Shown here: piece by piece, positions 25,888 through 35,638 of the stretch
How positions within the stretch are numbered: the first letter of the stretch is position 1
Layout of the letters: each line of letters starts with the position of its first letter
Origin: a virus
Virus record (IMG/VR): IMGVR_UViG_3300033153_013649
Coordinates: 95,838 to 159,837 of that record
DNA: 64,000 nt
Direction: 5' to 3' (one strand)
The notes under the pieces: generated by a model
The model's input: the letters and a program-made list of their open reading frames with translations, nothing else
Database searches by the model: none
Told to the model about the DNA's origin: nothing
Translations under genes and position numbers: made by a program

Positions 25888-26475
25888 ATGATAAATAAAA
25901 TAATTTGTGGAGATTCTTTGAAAGTTCTTACGGGTTCAGAACATGTAGATTTGATAATTTCAGATCCTCCGTATCCAGATTTTTATACATCTGAATTCAA
26001 TTACAAAGACGAATTAATAGAAATATTCAATAGATATAATTGCCGGCAGTTTATTTTTTGGAGTGCTAAAGTTTCTTTTCCTTTATCTTATACTGCTCGA
26101 CATGTATGGGATAAAATTACTGGAGCAGCTTGTCAATATGATTTCATTTATGAAAGAAATGGATATAAAAAACAGAAAGTATTTAGAGGACATAGAATTA
26201 ATTCAACAGTGTCTGCACAATTTGCAAAAGAAAAATTCTATGGTCAAAAAGCTCAAAAGCCATTAAGTGTATTAATAAAATTAATAGAATATGCCTCGTC
26301 TAAAGAAGATTTAATACTCGATCCTTTTATGGGAACAGGTACTACTTGTATTGCATCAAAAATATTAGGACGAAAATATATCGGTATCGATATTAATCCA
26401 AAATGCTATAAAATAGTTCAAGAGCGTCTAACAAAGGTTCAACCAAAAGGAGATTGGAAAAGATTATTAGATTAA
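25888..26475 (+). CDS. DNA methyltransferase (N6-A/N4-C, beta class)
   Basis: DPPY, QKP..L, LDPFMGTGTT, IGIDIN. Confidence 0.85.
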   Translation: MINKIICGDSLKVLTGSEHVDLIISDPPYPDFYTSEFNYKDELIEIFNRYNCRQFIFWSAKVSFPLSYTARHVWDKITGAACQYDFIYERNGYKKQKVFRGHRINSTVSAQFAKEKFYGQKAQKPLSVLIKLIEYASSKEDLILDPFMGTGTTCIASKILGRKYIGIDINPKCYKIVQERLTKVQPKGDWKRLLD

Positions 26476-26505
26476 GATTTTTTATTTAAAATTCTTTCTT
26501 CCTAG

Positions 26506-26535
26506 AAATTTGCTACCTGATAGCAAATTTTTTTG
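26506..26535 (+). terminator. Probable intrinsic terminator
   Basis: AAATTTGCTA-CCTGA-TAGCAAATTT followed by a T-run. Confidence 0.6.
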
Positions 26536-26585
26536 TTTTAATAAAACTTCTTAATATTATAAATAATAATAAAAGGAGAAAGGTA

Positions 26586-26930
26586 ATGTTAATGCTATAT
26601 ATTCATTCGTTTGTGAAATCGTTGCTGCCATATATAGCATTACTGCATCGTAAAAACTGGTTGTTTGACAGAAGAGAGTATCCGCAATTATGGCACACAT
26701 GGAGTTGGATTGCACCCCGCGGAACAAGAAGAAGGGAATTGCTTTATAGAATTTGCGGAATTTTGACCGGGCACGAAATTAGTAAAACGGAATGGGGATA
26801 TGGAGGGGGAAATTTTGTTGATCGACATTGTCGATGGTGTGATAAATTGATGCGAGTTCATAAACTTGAAGACAAACCACCCGATTCCTTACAGGACTTG
26901 GTTGGACCATTGGGATTTTATGATAAATAA
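26586..26930 (+). CDS. Hypothetical protein (C...GH...CxxC)
   Basis: AAGGAG RBS; ORF track. Confidence 0.55.
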   Translation: MLMLYIHSFVKSLLPYIALLHRKNWLFDRREYPQLWHTWSWIAPRGTRRRELLYRICGILTGHEISKTEWGYGGGNFVDRHCRWCDKLMRVHKLEDKPPDSLQDLVGPLGFYDK

Positions 26931-26952
26931 TATGAGGATAAAAGGTATATTG

Positions 26953-29115
26953 ATGCATAAATATCTGATTATAATATTAATATTACTGCTGCCGTGCGGT
27001 GTTATCGGGCAGACGGCGGTGCATGATACGAGCACCGCATTCGATGCTGGATACATATACAGTAGGGATTCGCTTTACAGTGTAGCGCGAGGATCGACGA
27101 CCGGTAATAGTTCTGGCACCACCCTTCTCTGGTTCGGGCAGAACGACAATCTCGGCGGAGATAATTTTATTTCGCGTGCATTTTTCACTTTTGTTTTTAG
27201 TGACATTCCGGGAAGCGCAATCATTGATTCCGCAAAAATTGTATTAGATGGCAATAACGCTAATTATGGTACTCATTTTTGGTATAATATTTATGTAGCG
27301 ACATATTCCTCAATTGCTACGTCGGAGTTTGATGCGTTCATTGGCTGGCAAAGCGGAGTGCAAACATATACTGGAGACTCGCTGGCATTTTCACTTTATA
27401 CGGGGGATTATTCAGATGGCGACAATGTGATGTATATGAGGCAATCAGGATTAGATAGCATTACGGCTCACATCGGAGACAGCCTAAAATTAGTGATACT
27501 GAGCCGCGAAGATGTGGTGGCATCGGAGCCGACCAATAACGAGCATGTCCGATTTGAGATTAACCCAGAAATAATTGTTTCATATCATACGGCAGCTGGT
27601 GATTCGCCTCGCACTCTTACAAACTTTGATGTTTATGATGCCGGGCAGGATACAGCACTTTATACAGTTCATCCCGATACCGGCGATTTTTCCATGTGGG
27701 ATAGCATTGTTGTGTACGATGCGACAGATACGGCTACAGTTTACGGCGCATTCACAAGCGGCTCTCTGGCGGACACGGCGGGCACATTAAGCAATCTGAC
27801 AATCGGCGTCCTCGATACCCTGATTGCGGTGATGTACGCCCCGGTCGATACAATAGCTTATTCGCTGATTGATACCGTTACTACACTTTCAATATCTTCA
27901 CCAACTGCTCATTATGTTTTTGCGGGAGCTACTGGTAACAATGATGGCTCTGACTGGACAAACGCGTGGACTGAATTGCCTGCGACTTTAATACGAGGAG
28001 ACATATATTATGTTGGCGCCGGCACGTATAGTTCATATACTTTTGACGATGCTGTTTCCGGGACAGACAGTATTAAGATTTTATTTGCCGATTCTGCGAG
28101 TACTCCAGCTATTGCGTCAATAAATGGCTGGACTACGGCGATTGATGATAGCAATGCGGTATGGACTGCACCAACAACTTTTACGTCTAATTATTGGGTT
28201 ATGGACGGGCAGGTTGGCGGCGGCCCTGGTAATTGGACGTCGGGACACGGTTTTAGAACTAAGGGTACGAGTGGGGGACAAAGATTGATATTTTTCGACA
28301 ACGGTGCAAGTAATATTACAATAAGTCATTTTAATTTAGAGCATCGTGGATTAGATACTGAAACTGGCGATGATGGCATTTATCAAGCAGATAGTACTGT
28401 ACAAAATATTACTATTGACCATTGTTATTTACATGATTTCGGGAGAGTGCCTTTATTAACGAGATTCACGGATAATTGGTTGTTTGAATATAATTATGTT
28501 GCAAGAAATTCATCATCTCCGGCACAACACGCTGAAGCGTGGTCTGACCAGGGTAGCGATGATATGATTGTGAGATATAACATGTGGGCTGATATAGAGG
28601 GAACTGCCTTTTTAGCATTTCTTGGACAAGATGTCACCGCAGAGAGATGGGAGATTTATGGAAATGTATTTTTCTATACAACTGATAATTCTACTAATCG
28701 TGAAGGAATAGCATCAGGAACAATTATCACACGAGAATCTTGTTTTTCCAATAATATAAAAGTGTATAACAATACATTTATCAATATACCCGCACAAAGC
28801 GCTGGTATTTATTTATTCGGAACTGGAAATGAAATATATAATAATATTTGGTATAACTCTAATATGATTTTAACACTTCAAGGACAAGGAACATTTGATT
28901 ATAATTGGTATTATGGAAATACAGATTATAGAGATAGTAGTAATACAGATGCTTCTTTGGCTGGAGACGAAACTAATGGCGTTGTCGGAACTGGCGATCC
29001 ATTTGTAGACTGGCAGAATGGGAACTTCAGACTTAAAAAGGCGCCGATGGTTTTTGGGACAGGGGAGCTTATGAATATACCGCCGGAGGTTTTAATGTGT
29101 ACAATGTTGCTGTAA
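26953..29115 (+). CDS. Secreted beta-rich protein with parallel beta-helix repeats (N-terminal part)
   Basis: Signal peptide MHKYLIIILILLLPCGVIG; GNNDGSDWTNAW; IYGNVF/VYNNTF/IYNNIW repeats; GDPFVD..NGNFRL. Confidence 0.75.
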   Translation: MHKYLIIILILLLPCGVIGQTAVHDTSTAFDAGYIYSRDSLYSVARGSTTGNSSGTTLLWFGQNDNLGGDNFISRAFFTFVFSDIPGSAIIDSAKIVLDGNNANYGTHFWYNIYVATYSSIATSEFDAFIGWQSGVQTYTGDSLAFSLYTGDYSDGDNVMYMRQSGLDSITAHIGDSLKLVILSREDVVASEPTNNEHVRFEINPEIIVSYHTAAGDSPRTLTNFDVYDAGQDTALYTVHPDTGDFSMWDSIVVYDATDTATVYGAFTSGSLADTAGTLSNLTIGVLDTLIAVMYAPVDTIAYSLIDTVTTLSISSPTAHYVFAGATGNNDGSDWTNAWTELPATLIRGDIYYVGAGTYSSYTFDDAVSGTDSIKILFADSASTPAIASINGWTTAIDDSNAVWTAPTTFTSNYWVMDGQVGGGPGNWTSGHGFRTKGTSGGQRLIFFDNGASNITISHFNLEHRGLDTETGDDGIYQADSTVQNITIDHCYLHDFGRVPLLTRFTDNWLFEYNYVARNSSSPAQHAEAWSDQGSDDMIVRYNMWADIEGTAFLAFLGQDVTAERWEIYGNVFFYTTDNSTNREGIASGTIITRESCFSNNIKVYNNTFINIPAQSAGIYLFGTGNEIYNNIWYNSNMILTLQGQGTFDYNWYYGNTDYRDSSNTDASLAGDETNGVVGTGDPFVDWQNGNFRLKKAPMVFGTGELMNIPPEVLMCTMLL

Positions 29116-29726
29116 GTGACACAACGTACCGGTCGGCAATTATTTCTTTCGATACGGCAGCAACGACGGGGCTGGATTCGTTTGTTGTGATTTCGGCGTC
29201 GGACAGCAGCGAGCTTGAGAATTTCTGGCATTCGACCAGCGGGATGCTGGACTCGGCAAAAACGCTGACGAAAGATTCTCTTTACAACTATCGGATTGTG
29301 GCGTACTATGACGGCGTTGACACTTTTTATACTGGTCCGCTCAGCTTTACAACACTGGACGACCGGTACATTAATAATCTAAGATTGACAAATATCACAG
29401 ATACTACGGTGACGGCTGAATGGGACACGTCTTACGGCGCGGTTAAATCAGCGTTTGACAGTATGAGAGCAATCAACGATGCGGATTCAACTTTGCTTGC
29501 ATCTTTTGGCACCGATACGACCGGCGTTATAGATAATCTTACTGCAGGTACGACATATTATATCAGAATCGTGGGATATGCCAGTGATACCTTATATTAT
29601 ACTGAAAAGAGTACCTTTAAAACTAAATCATCAATTATTACTAAATGGGGATTTAATGCTGCTCCATGGAAAAAAGTCAAACAACTTATAATTTCATGGG
29701 GTAAATCGATATGGAGAAAATATTAA
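29040..29726 (+). CDS. Out-of-frame C-terminal part of the same protein (DRGAYEY plus fibronectin-III-like repeats)
   Basis: The -1 frame reads GADGFWDRGAYEYTAGGFNVYNVAVSD, then LTAGTTYYIRIVGY. Confidence 0.65.
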   Translation, partial: GADGFWDRGAYEYTAGGFNVYNVAVSDTTYRSAIISFDTAATTGLDSFVVISASDSSELENFWHSTSGMLDSAKTLTKDSLYNYRIVAYYDGVDTFYTGPLSFTTLDDRYINNLRLTNITDTTVTAEWDTSYGAVKSAFDSMRAINDADSTLLASFGTDTTGVIDNLTAGTTYYIRIVGYASDTLYYTEKSTFKTKSSIITKWGFNAAPWKKVKQLIISWGKSIWRKY

Positions 29727-29741
29727 AAAAAGGAATAAAAA

Positions 29742-30272
29742 ATGAAAATTTTATTAACTATAATAACAGCATTACTTTTTGCCGTTAATTCTTTTGGACA
29801 AACTATTCCCGTCGAGGGAAAGATTAACAATAATATATTAGAATTAAACCGACCGCTCGTTGCTAGATCAAGTACTATTGTTGCTAATTGGGGAAATAGT
29901 ATTCTTGTTGATACGTTAAGATTATCTACATCTAGTTCTGTTGATTCATCTATAGCATACGTCTCTTTTGAACAATCGGGGGCTATTTTTCATGCAACTC
30001 AAGCTAACGATTCAACAGATTTTATGATATATCTATATGCAGGGGTATGCGAAGATGCTTCAAATAGAACAGTAATTTTAATAGATTCACTCGATACTTC
30101 TGGAGATATTGATGAAGATGACGGATTTTGGAAAAATAATTCAGGAGATTATGTTTGGCATCATAATGTTCCTTTAAGTTCTCACTTTTTTTATGAAATT
30201 AAAGCTACAGTAAAAACAGGAACAGATACAAAAATATTTAATTCATACGTACTTAGATATAGGAGTAGATAA
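29742..30272 (+). CDS. Signal-peptide-bearing hypothetical protein
   Basis: MKILLTIITALLFAVNSFG. Confidence 0.65.
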   Translation: MKILLTIITALLFAVNSFGQTIPVEGKINNNILELNRPLVARSSTIVANWGNSILVDTLRLSTSSSVDSSIAYVSFEQSGAIFHATQANDSTDFMIYLYAGVCEDASNRTVILIDSLDTSGDIDEDDGFWKNNSGDYVWHHNVPLSSHFFYEIKATVKTGTDTKIFNSYVLRYRSR

Positions 30273-30802
30273 TGAACTGGAAAGAATTAGGTGAAGGTAT
30301 TTCCAAAAAAGTTCCCTTGATTGGAAATATTTTAAAAAATGCAACCTTCGAAGTAGGAGAATCGATTGGAAATATTATTTCTTCTGCTTTAGGTATTGAA
30401 AACGATGTAAATTTAATTTATAAATATTTGCAAGATAATCCAAATGCTATATTAAAATTACAAGAATTAGAAATGAAGCATAGGGAAAAAATTTACGACC
30501 TTGCTTTTGTTTCAGAAGAATTACGATTAAGAGATGTACAAAATGCTCGAAAAAGAGAACTCGGAATGGCAAAACTTACGGGTTCTAAAGATGTTCATTT
30601 ATATATCTTTAGTTATATCGTTTCTATTGGATTTTTTGGTATTATGGTATATCTAATGACTAAACCCCTTCCAGAAGGAAGTAGTGAAGCTGTTCTTATG
30701 TTATTTGGTGGATTAATTGGAGCGTTTACTTCTATTATATCTTATTTCTTTGGTTCAAGTAAATCAAGTGCGGAAAAAACAAATTTACTTGCTAAAAAAT
30801 AA
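30272..30802 (+). CDS. Probable holin
   Basis: DVQNARKRE followed by two TM helices ending YFFGSS. Confidence 0.7.
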   Translation: MNWKELGEGISKKVPLIGNILKNATFEVGESIGNIISSALGIENDVNLIYKYLQDNPNAILKLQELEMKHREKIYDLAFVSEELRLRDVQNARKRELGMAKLTGSKDVHLYIFSYIVSIGFFGIMVYLMTKPLPEGSSEAVLMLFGGLIGAFTSIISYFFGSSKSSAEKTNLLAKK

Positions 30803-30814
30803 TTTAAAAAAAGA

Positions 30815-30844
30815 TTGACAAAGCATTTTTAAATTTAGTAAATT
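30815..30844 (+). promoter_or_regulatory. Early promoter (further copies at 31274, 31648, 33294, 44616, 47333)
   Basis: TTGACA-N17/18-TA(T/A)ATT with TTTAG. Confidence 0.7.
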
Positions 30845-30872
30845 GTTACATATTTAATTTTCTTCTCCTCAA

Positions 30873-30910
30873 GAGGCTAACTTTCGGGTTAGCCTCATTT
30901 TTTGTTTTTT
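30873..30910 (+). terminator. Intrinsic terminator
   Basis: GAGGCTAAC-TTTCGG-GTTAGCCTC followed by a T-rich run. Confidence 0.85.
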
Positions 30911-30964
30911 AATATTATAAATTATACATAAAGAAAAATTAACGAGGAAGAGGGGGTAAATTAA

Positions 30965-31261
30965 ATAAAACTTTATACAAAAGAAATTCAAGAATATGAT
31001 TATGAAAATAAAGATTCGAATTTAGATCTTTTAAAAATAATCGTTCGAAAATATGTTGATTATCAATCTGAATATTTTATACAATTTTTTAGTGATTTTT
31101 ATATTTATGGAATTGATAAAGCAATAATATATCTCAAAAAATATAATGAAGAACCTCTTCTTCCAGATCAAAGACCTTTCCGAGATGATATTTTTCCTGA
31201 ATTAGAAAAAACAGTTAATGAAATAAAAAATAAAGTAATTAAATGGCTAGAAAAGAAATAA
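30965..31261 (+). CDS. Paralog of 31334..31639 with ATA start (not in ORF track)
   Basis: IKLYTKEIQEYD...VDYQSEY..QFF.DF.IYGID.AII aligns from residue 1; GAGGGGG upstream. Confidence 0.65.
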   Translation: MKLYTKEIQEYDYENKDSNLDLLKIIVRKYVDYQSEYFIQFFSDFYIYGIDKAIIYLKKYNEEPLLPDQRPFRDDIFPELEKTVNEIKNKVIKWLEKK

Positions 31262-31333
31262 TTCTCTTTTTTATTGACAATCTCTTTTTTTATTTAGTAT
31301 ATTATAAAGATTAATAGAATAAGGATTATAATA

Positions 31334-31639
31334 ATGAAACTTTATACAAAAGAAGTTCAAGAATATGATCATAAAACAGGAAATTCAAATTTTCGTTTAA
31401 TTGAGACGATCGTTGAACGTGTAGTAGATTATCAATACGAATATTCTACACAATTTTTTCAAGATTTTGAAATTTATGGAATCGATGAAGCGATTATTTC
31501 TCTCAAATATTATGATAAAAATCCAGTGATGTTGAATCATCGCCCGTTCAATCAAGAAGAAATTAAAAAACTTAAAGAGATAATAGAAAGAATAAGGAAA
31601 GAAATAAATGAATGGAAAGAAAAGACAACAAAAATTTAA
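31334..31639 (+). CDS. Early hypothetical protein
   Basis: Own promoter and RBS. Confidence 0.7.
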   Translation: MKLYTKEVQEYDHKTGNSNFRLIETIVERVVDYQYEYSTQFFQDFEIYGIDEAIISLKYYDKNPVMLNHRPFNQEEIKKLKEIIERIRKEINEWKEKTTKI

Positions 31640-31711
31640 AAAAGGTGTTGACAAGCTCCGTTTTATTTAGTATATTATATGGATTTTAATCTTTAGATAA
31701 AGGAGAAGAAA

Positions 31712-32050
31712 ATGAAAAATTTCAAAGATTCCGGCCAAGGGATTACTAAAGAATCCTTCGATCTTGTAAATGAAAAAATAAACGAGATAGGTAATCTTAT
31801 AACAATTCGAATATTATGGGACGGAAAAGGGGAGTGTGACACCATTTTTTTTGGTACTGAGGGAAGAATAAAATGTACTGGATTCGCAGTTGGATATCTA
31901 GGACAAGGTCCGAAAGTATTAGTAGATATTTTACAAAAAGTTACTAATATACCCTTCGTAAATCTTTCTATGACCGTATATTATTCCAATTGGAATAAAT
32001 CGGGCGAGATAGAAATACAAGTCGAAAACGGTTATGTTATTATAAAATAA
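31712..32050 (+). CDS. Early hypothetical protein
   Basis: Promoter and AAGGAG RBS; GF..GY.GQGP motif. Confidence 0.7.
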   Translation: MKNFKDSGQGITKESFDLVNEKINEIGNLITIRILWDGKGECDTIFFGTEGRIKCTGFAVGYLGQGPKVLVDILQKVTNIPFVNLSMTVYYSNWNKSGEIEIQVENGYVIIK

Positions 32051-32081
32051 ATAGAACGTTCAAAATTAAAAGGGGAAGAAA

Positions 32082-32741
32082 ATGAAAAGAGTAAAAATGA
32101 ATATAGACAAAGATGATGTAATTATTAAAGATCCCCCTGTTGAGAACGAACCCGATCATGTCTTATTGTTAACCGATGGAATTAATACAGAAACTTATGA
32201 ATATGCGCTTTTGAAATTAATGAAGGCTTATAATAACTGGCGAGTTCGAACCAGCCGGTACTGCCAGCTTCTTCCTACTTCTCCAGAAAATTTAGATAAA
32301 CTAAGAACAGTTGTTGTTGTATTAAATTCTCCAGGAGGATTTCTTAATACTGGATTTGCGATTTATGATTTACTTATGAGTCTCAAAGAAAAAGGAATGA
32401 AAATTATTACCTGTGGGATTGGAACTGTTGGAAGTGCTGCTACGGTAATTTATATGGCTGGAGAGAAAAGATATATATCTGAATCTTGTGTTTTTAATAT
32501 CCATGAACCTACTAGTTCTACAGGATCAGAAAAATATTCTGAATCAAAACGATCTCTTGAATTACTTCAAAAAGATTGGAATAAAGTACAAAATATTTAT
32601 ATTAAAGGAACAGGAACAAAAAATTGGATAGGATTTTTAAAAAATTATGATATAGATAAGGATGAAATTTATCTTAGATCCAAAGATTGTATAACTTATA
32701 GATTTTCGACTAACATAGGAATTCCGTTTGAAATATTTTAA
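32082..32741 (+). CDS. ClpP-like serine protease subunit
   Basis: LNSPGG..G.AIYD, G.VGSAAT.I..AG.KR, F.IHEP. Confidence 0.85.
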   Translation: MKRVKMNIDKDDVIIKDPPVENEPDHVLLLTDGINTETYEYALLKLMKAYNNWRVRTSRYCQLLPTSPENLDKLRTVVVVLNSPGGFLNTGFAIYDLLMSLKEKGMKIITCGIGTVGSAATVIYMAGEKRYISESCVFNIHEPTSSTGSEKYSESKRSLELLQKDWNKVQNIYIKGTGTKNWIGFLKNYDIDKDEIYLRSKDCITYRFSTNIGIPFEIF

Positions 32742-32743
32742 AT

Positions 32744-33280
32744 ATGCCAAAGTTTTGGAATAATCAAAAATATCACGAATGTCAACTAATATCTATTTGG
32801 AATGCTGGTATTTATTATAATCAAACTGTTCCTTTAAGATACGGAAAAGAATATATAGAAGATTGTGAAAGGGGCTGTACTATACACGGAAGTTGTATTA
32901 ATTCTAATCATGTAATTCATAAAATGCATTTAAAGCCGATTAAAGGGATATTAAGTTGGAATTGGATTAAAAGAAATAGAAAATATCCAGTTGAATATTC
33001 TTTATTTTGTCATCGAGGATATCATTCGGTTTTAGCTATAAAAGTTGATATTAAAAAGAAAAAAGTATTACTTGCTAATTATGCTAAAGATCGACTATAC
33101 TGGTTATCTGTAGATAGATTAATCAAATTACATAATAAACATGTAGTTCCTATCAAGTGGGTATTACAGAAAGAACGTACTAAAATCATCGATTATTGGC
33201 ATATTTTTAAATGTGAAATTAAAGAACTAAAGTTAAGTCGCTTCTTCCCAGGAAAAATGATTAAAGAAGTTGTAAAATAA
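32744..33280 (+). CDS. Possible papain-fold (C39-like) peptidase
   Basis: Q...ECQL..IWNA ... GYHSVLAI ... LAN. Confidence 0.45.
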   Translation: MPKFWNNQKYHECQLISIWNAGIYYNQTVPLRYGKEYIEDCERGCTIHGSCINSNHVIHKMHLKPIKGILSWNWIKRNRKYPVEYSLFCHRGYHSVLAIKVDIKKKKVLLANYAKDRLYWLSVDRLIKLHNKHVVPIKWVLQKERTKIIDYWHIFKCEIKELKLSRFFPGKMIKEVVK

Positions 33281-33283
33281 TCA

Positions 33284-33354
33284 AAAAAAGTTGTTGACAA
33301 CCTCCATTTTATTTAGTATATTATATAGACAATAAAATTGGAGAAGAAAATGAA
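33284..33354 (+). repeat. About 70-bp promoter-RBS-start cassette, identical copy at about 47323-47393
   Basis: AAAAAAGTTGTTGACAACCTCC...GGAGAAGAAAATGAAA. Confidence 0.9.
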
Positions 33355-33754
33355 AATCCACGAAGGTATTAAACATGAAGATAAGATTAAGATTAAATTA
33401 ACTGGTTCAGACTTACCTGATCGATTTGGTTGTTGGTCTAATCAAAGATTAATCGGTCTTCATGAAGATATATATGAATCAACGACTCGTGGAAAACATG
33501 GAAAAACCCCTCTTGAAGTTGCTATCCAATGTGAAAATAATTATAATAAAGCGAAAGAATTACATGGTACAGAAGATTATTGGCTTTCTCCAGTAGCTGC
33601 AATTTTAACAGCAGAAGCTCGCGAACCCGAAAAATATATAGAAGTTCAAATCGGGGATATTCTAGAAATAAATGGTCAGCTCTGGGAAGTTGGAGATCGG
33701 AAGAAGAATAAGTCTTTATGGTTTAACCTTACAAAATGGAAATATGTAAAATAG
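33350..33754 (+). CDS. Early hypothetical protein
   Basis: GGAG RBS and ATG within the repeated cassette. Confidence 0.7.
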   Translation: MKIHEGIKHEDKIKIKLTGSDLPDRFGCWSNQRLIGLHEDIYESTTRGKHGKTPLEVAIQCENNYNKAKELHGTEDYWLSPVAAILTAEAREPEKYIEVQIGDILEINGQLWEVGDRKKNKSLWFNLTKWKYVK

Positions 33755-33763
33755 GGGAAGAAA

Positions 33764-34684
33764 ATGGCACGAAAAAATTTTACAAAAAAGACAGTTAAAG
33801 AACTCGTAACTGATCGTATTATCGAACAACTTGATAAACAAGAAATTCCTTGGAGAAGAACTTGGGTATCAGAAGTTCCCACCTCTCTTAGTTCTGGTAA
33901 ACCTTATAGGGGATTGAATTATTTCATTCTTTCCTCTTTTGATTTCAAATCAAAATTCTGGGGGACCTTTAATCAGATTCAAGCTCTCGGTGGACGAGTT
34001 AAAAAAGGTGAAAAAGCAGCTATAGTTCAATTCTGGAAATTCGGTAGCTATCTAGAAAAAGATGAAGACGGAAATCCAATTATAACTGAATCAGGGGAAT
34101 TAAAAGAGGGGAAAAGGGTTTTATTACGATATTACAGAGTTTTTAATCTTGATCAAACTACAGGAGTTGATCTTAAAGGTAAGAAATATCAAGAACTTGT
34201 TAAATTAGCTGAAAAAAATAAAATTAATGTTGATTCAGAAAAAATATTAGAGAATTATTATAATCCTCCTTCTTATACTGAATCAATCACTGAAAATCCT
34301 AGGTATTCCCTCTCTCGAGACACTGTATTTATGCCTCCTATTGAAAATTTCGAGTCCTCCGATGAATATTATGCAACCCAGTTTCATGAATTAGTTCATT
34401 CTACAGGCCATGAATCTAGAAATAATCGATCTATTATGAATGGTAAGAATTCAGATCCTTATGCAGTAGAAGAATTAATAGCTGAAATCGGTGCTGCTTT
34501 ACTCTGTGGATATACTGGAATCGAAAATAAAAAAGTTTTTGAAAATAATGTCGCTTATATTCAAGAATGGAACAAGCGATTTAAAAACGACCGGAACGTT
34601 CTTTTGAAAGCTATTCAAGGTGCAAATAAAGGTGTTGATTTTATCCTTAATGAAAAAAAGAAACGAGATACTATAGATAATTAA
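33764..34684 (+). CDS. ardC: ArdC-like antirestriction protein (ssDNA-binding domain plus zincin-like domain)
   Basis: IPWRRTW, YRGLN, W.TFNQ....GG.VKKGEK, VFNLDQT, HELVHSTGH, YA.EELIAE.GAA. Confidence 0.85.
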   Translation: MARKNFTKKTVKELVTDRIIEQLDKQEIPWRRTWVSEVPTSLSSGKPYRGLNYFILSSFDFKSKFWGTFNQIQALGGRVKKGEKAAIVQFWKFGSYLEKDEDGNPIITESGELKEGKRVLLRYYRVFNLDQTTGVDLKGKKYQELVKLAEKNKINVDSEKILENYYNPPSYTESITENPRYSLSRDTVFMPPIENFESSDEYYATQFHELVHSTGHESRNNRSIMNGKNSDPYAVEELIAEIGAALLCGYTGIENKKVFENNVAYIQEWNKRFKNDRNVLLKAIQGANKGVDFILNEKKKRDTIDN

Positions 34685-34770
34685 AGGATATGCTACTGTT
34701 AATGTTTTGATGCAGAAACTCGTCATACTATACTTACTATTTATTTGTATAATATTTTGGAAAATCAACG

Positions 34771-35028
34771 ATGAAACAAATAGAGATTGAAAATTTAGAC
34801 ACGGAGCAATTAAGGGTGCTCCGTAAAATTATTAATCTAAAGGGATATAATGATGTATTTAAGATCATTTTATATCTCGATGATAGAATACCCTTTAATG
34901 AAATAAAGATATATCGTATGTCAAGTGATCCTTATAGCCCTACATTAACAGTATTCATTAAATCCATGAGGTCTCTCAACAATTCTCTTTTCAAAAAATG
35001 GAAAAAAAGACGGTCCCATGAAAAGTAA
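34771..35028 (+). CDS. Hypothetical protein
   Basis: ORF track. Confidence 0.5.
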   Translation: MKQIEIENLDTEQLRVLRKIINLKGYNDVFKIILYLDDRIPFNEIKIYRMSSDPYSPTLTVFIKSMRSLNNSLFKKWKKRRSHEK

Positions 35029-35240
35029 TACGAGAGCTCACTTGAAGATATTTAAATCAGATATTTATACCTATTCTCAACGGAGATTTAACCAAAATCG
35101 GGAGTATATAAAATGAAAAGAGATATAATATTACTCAGAAAATCTCAGGGTCTTGATCCAATAACAGGCCGAAAAATTAATCATTCTGAATCAACTACAG
35201 TTGAAGATTATAACGGTCAAAACGTAAAGGTACCCACTAA

Positions 35241-35597
35241 ATGGATAAAAAATCCAAAAAAGTAGAATACGATCGGGAAAAACTAGATTTAATAAGAATA
35301 GATCTTCTTCGAGTTCTTCATAGAGAATTTCCAAATCTTCAAACTAGAGTAAATGTACTTAAAACTTTCGAAGATCGTATAATATTTGATATAAGAGCTT
35401 ATCTTTACGGCCAACAAAAAGTTATAAAGTTTCCTGTAAACTGGTGGCAATGTTTTAAAGAAGAAATGATGCCAAAATGGTTTAATAGGATTTTTCCGAT
35501 AAAATACTATCATTATAATTTTGTTGCAGTTTTTCCTAATTTAGCTGTTAAATTAGATGAACCCGTATCATTTATCTATTTTAGAAATGATAAATAA
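35241..35597 (+). CDS. Hypothetical protein
   Basis: P.NWWQ.FKE...P.WF...FP motif. Confidence 0.6.
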   Translation: MDKKSKKVEYDREKLDLIRIDLLRVLHREFPNLQTRVNVLKTFEDRIIFDIRAYLYGQQKVIKFPVNWWQCFKEEMMPKWFNRIFPIKYYHYNFVAVFPNLAVKLDEPVSFIYFRNDK

Positions 35598-35638
35598 TAA
35601 AAAGGGAAAAATAATAAACAGTTAAAGGAAGGTTGTGG

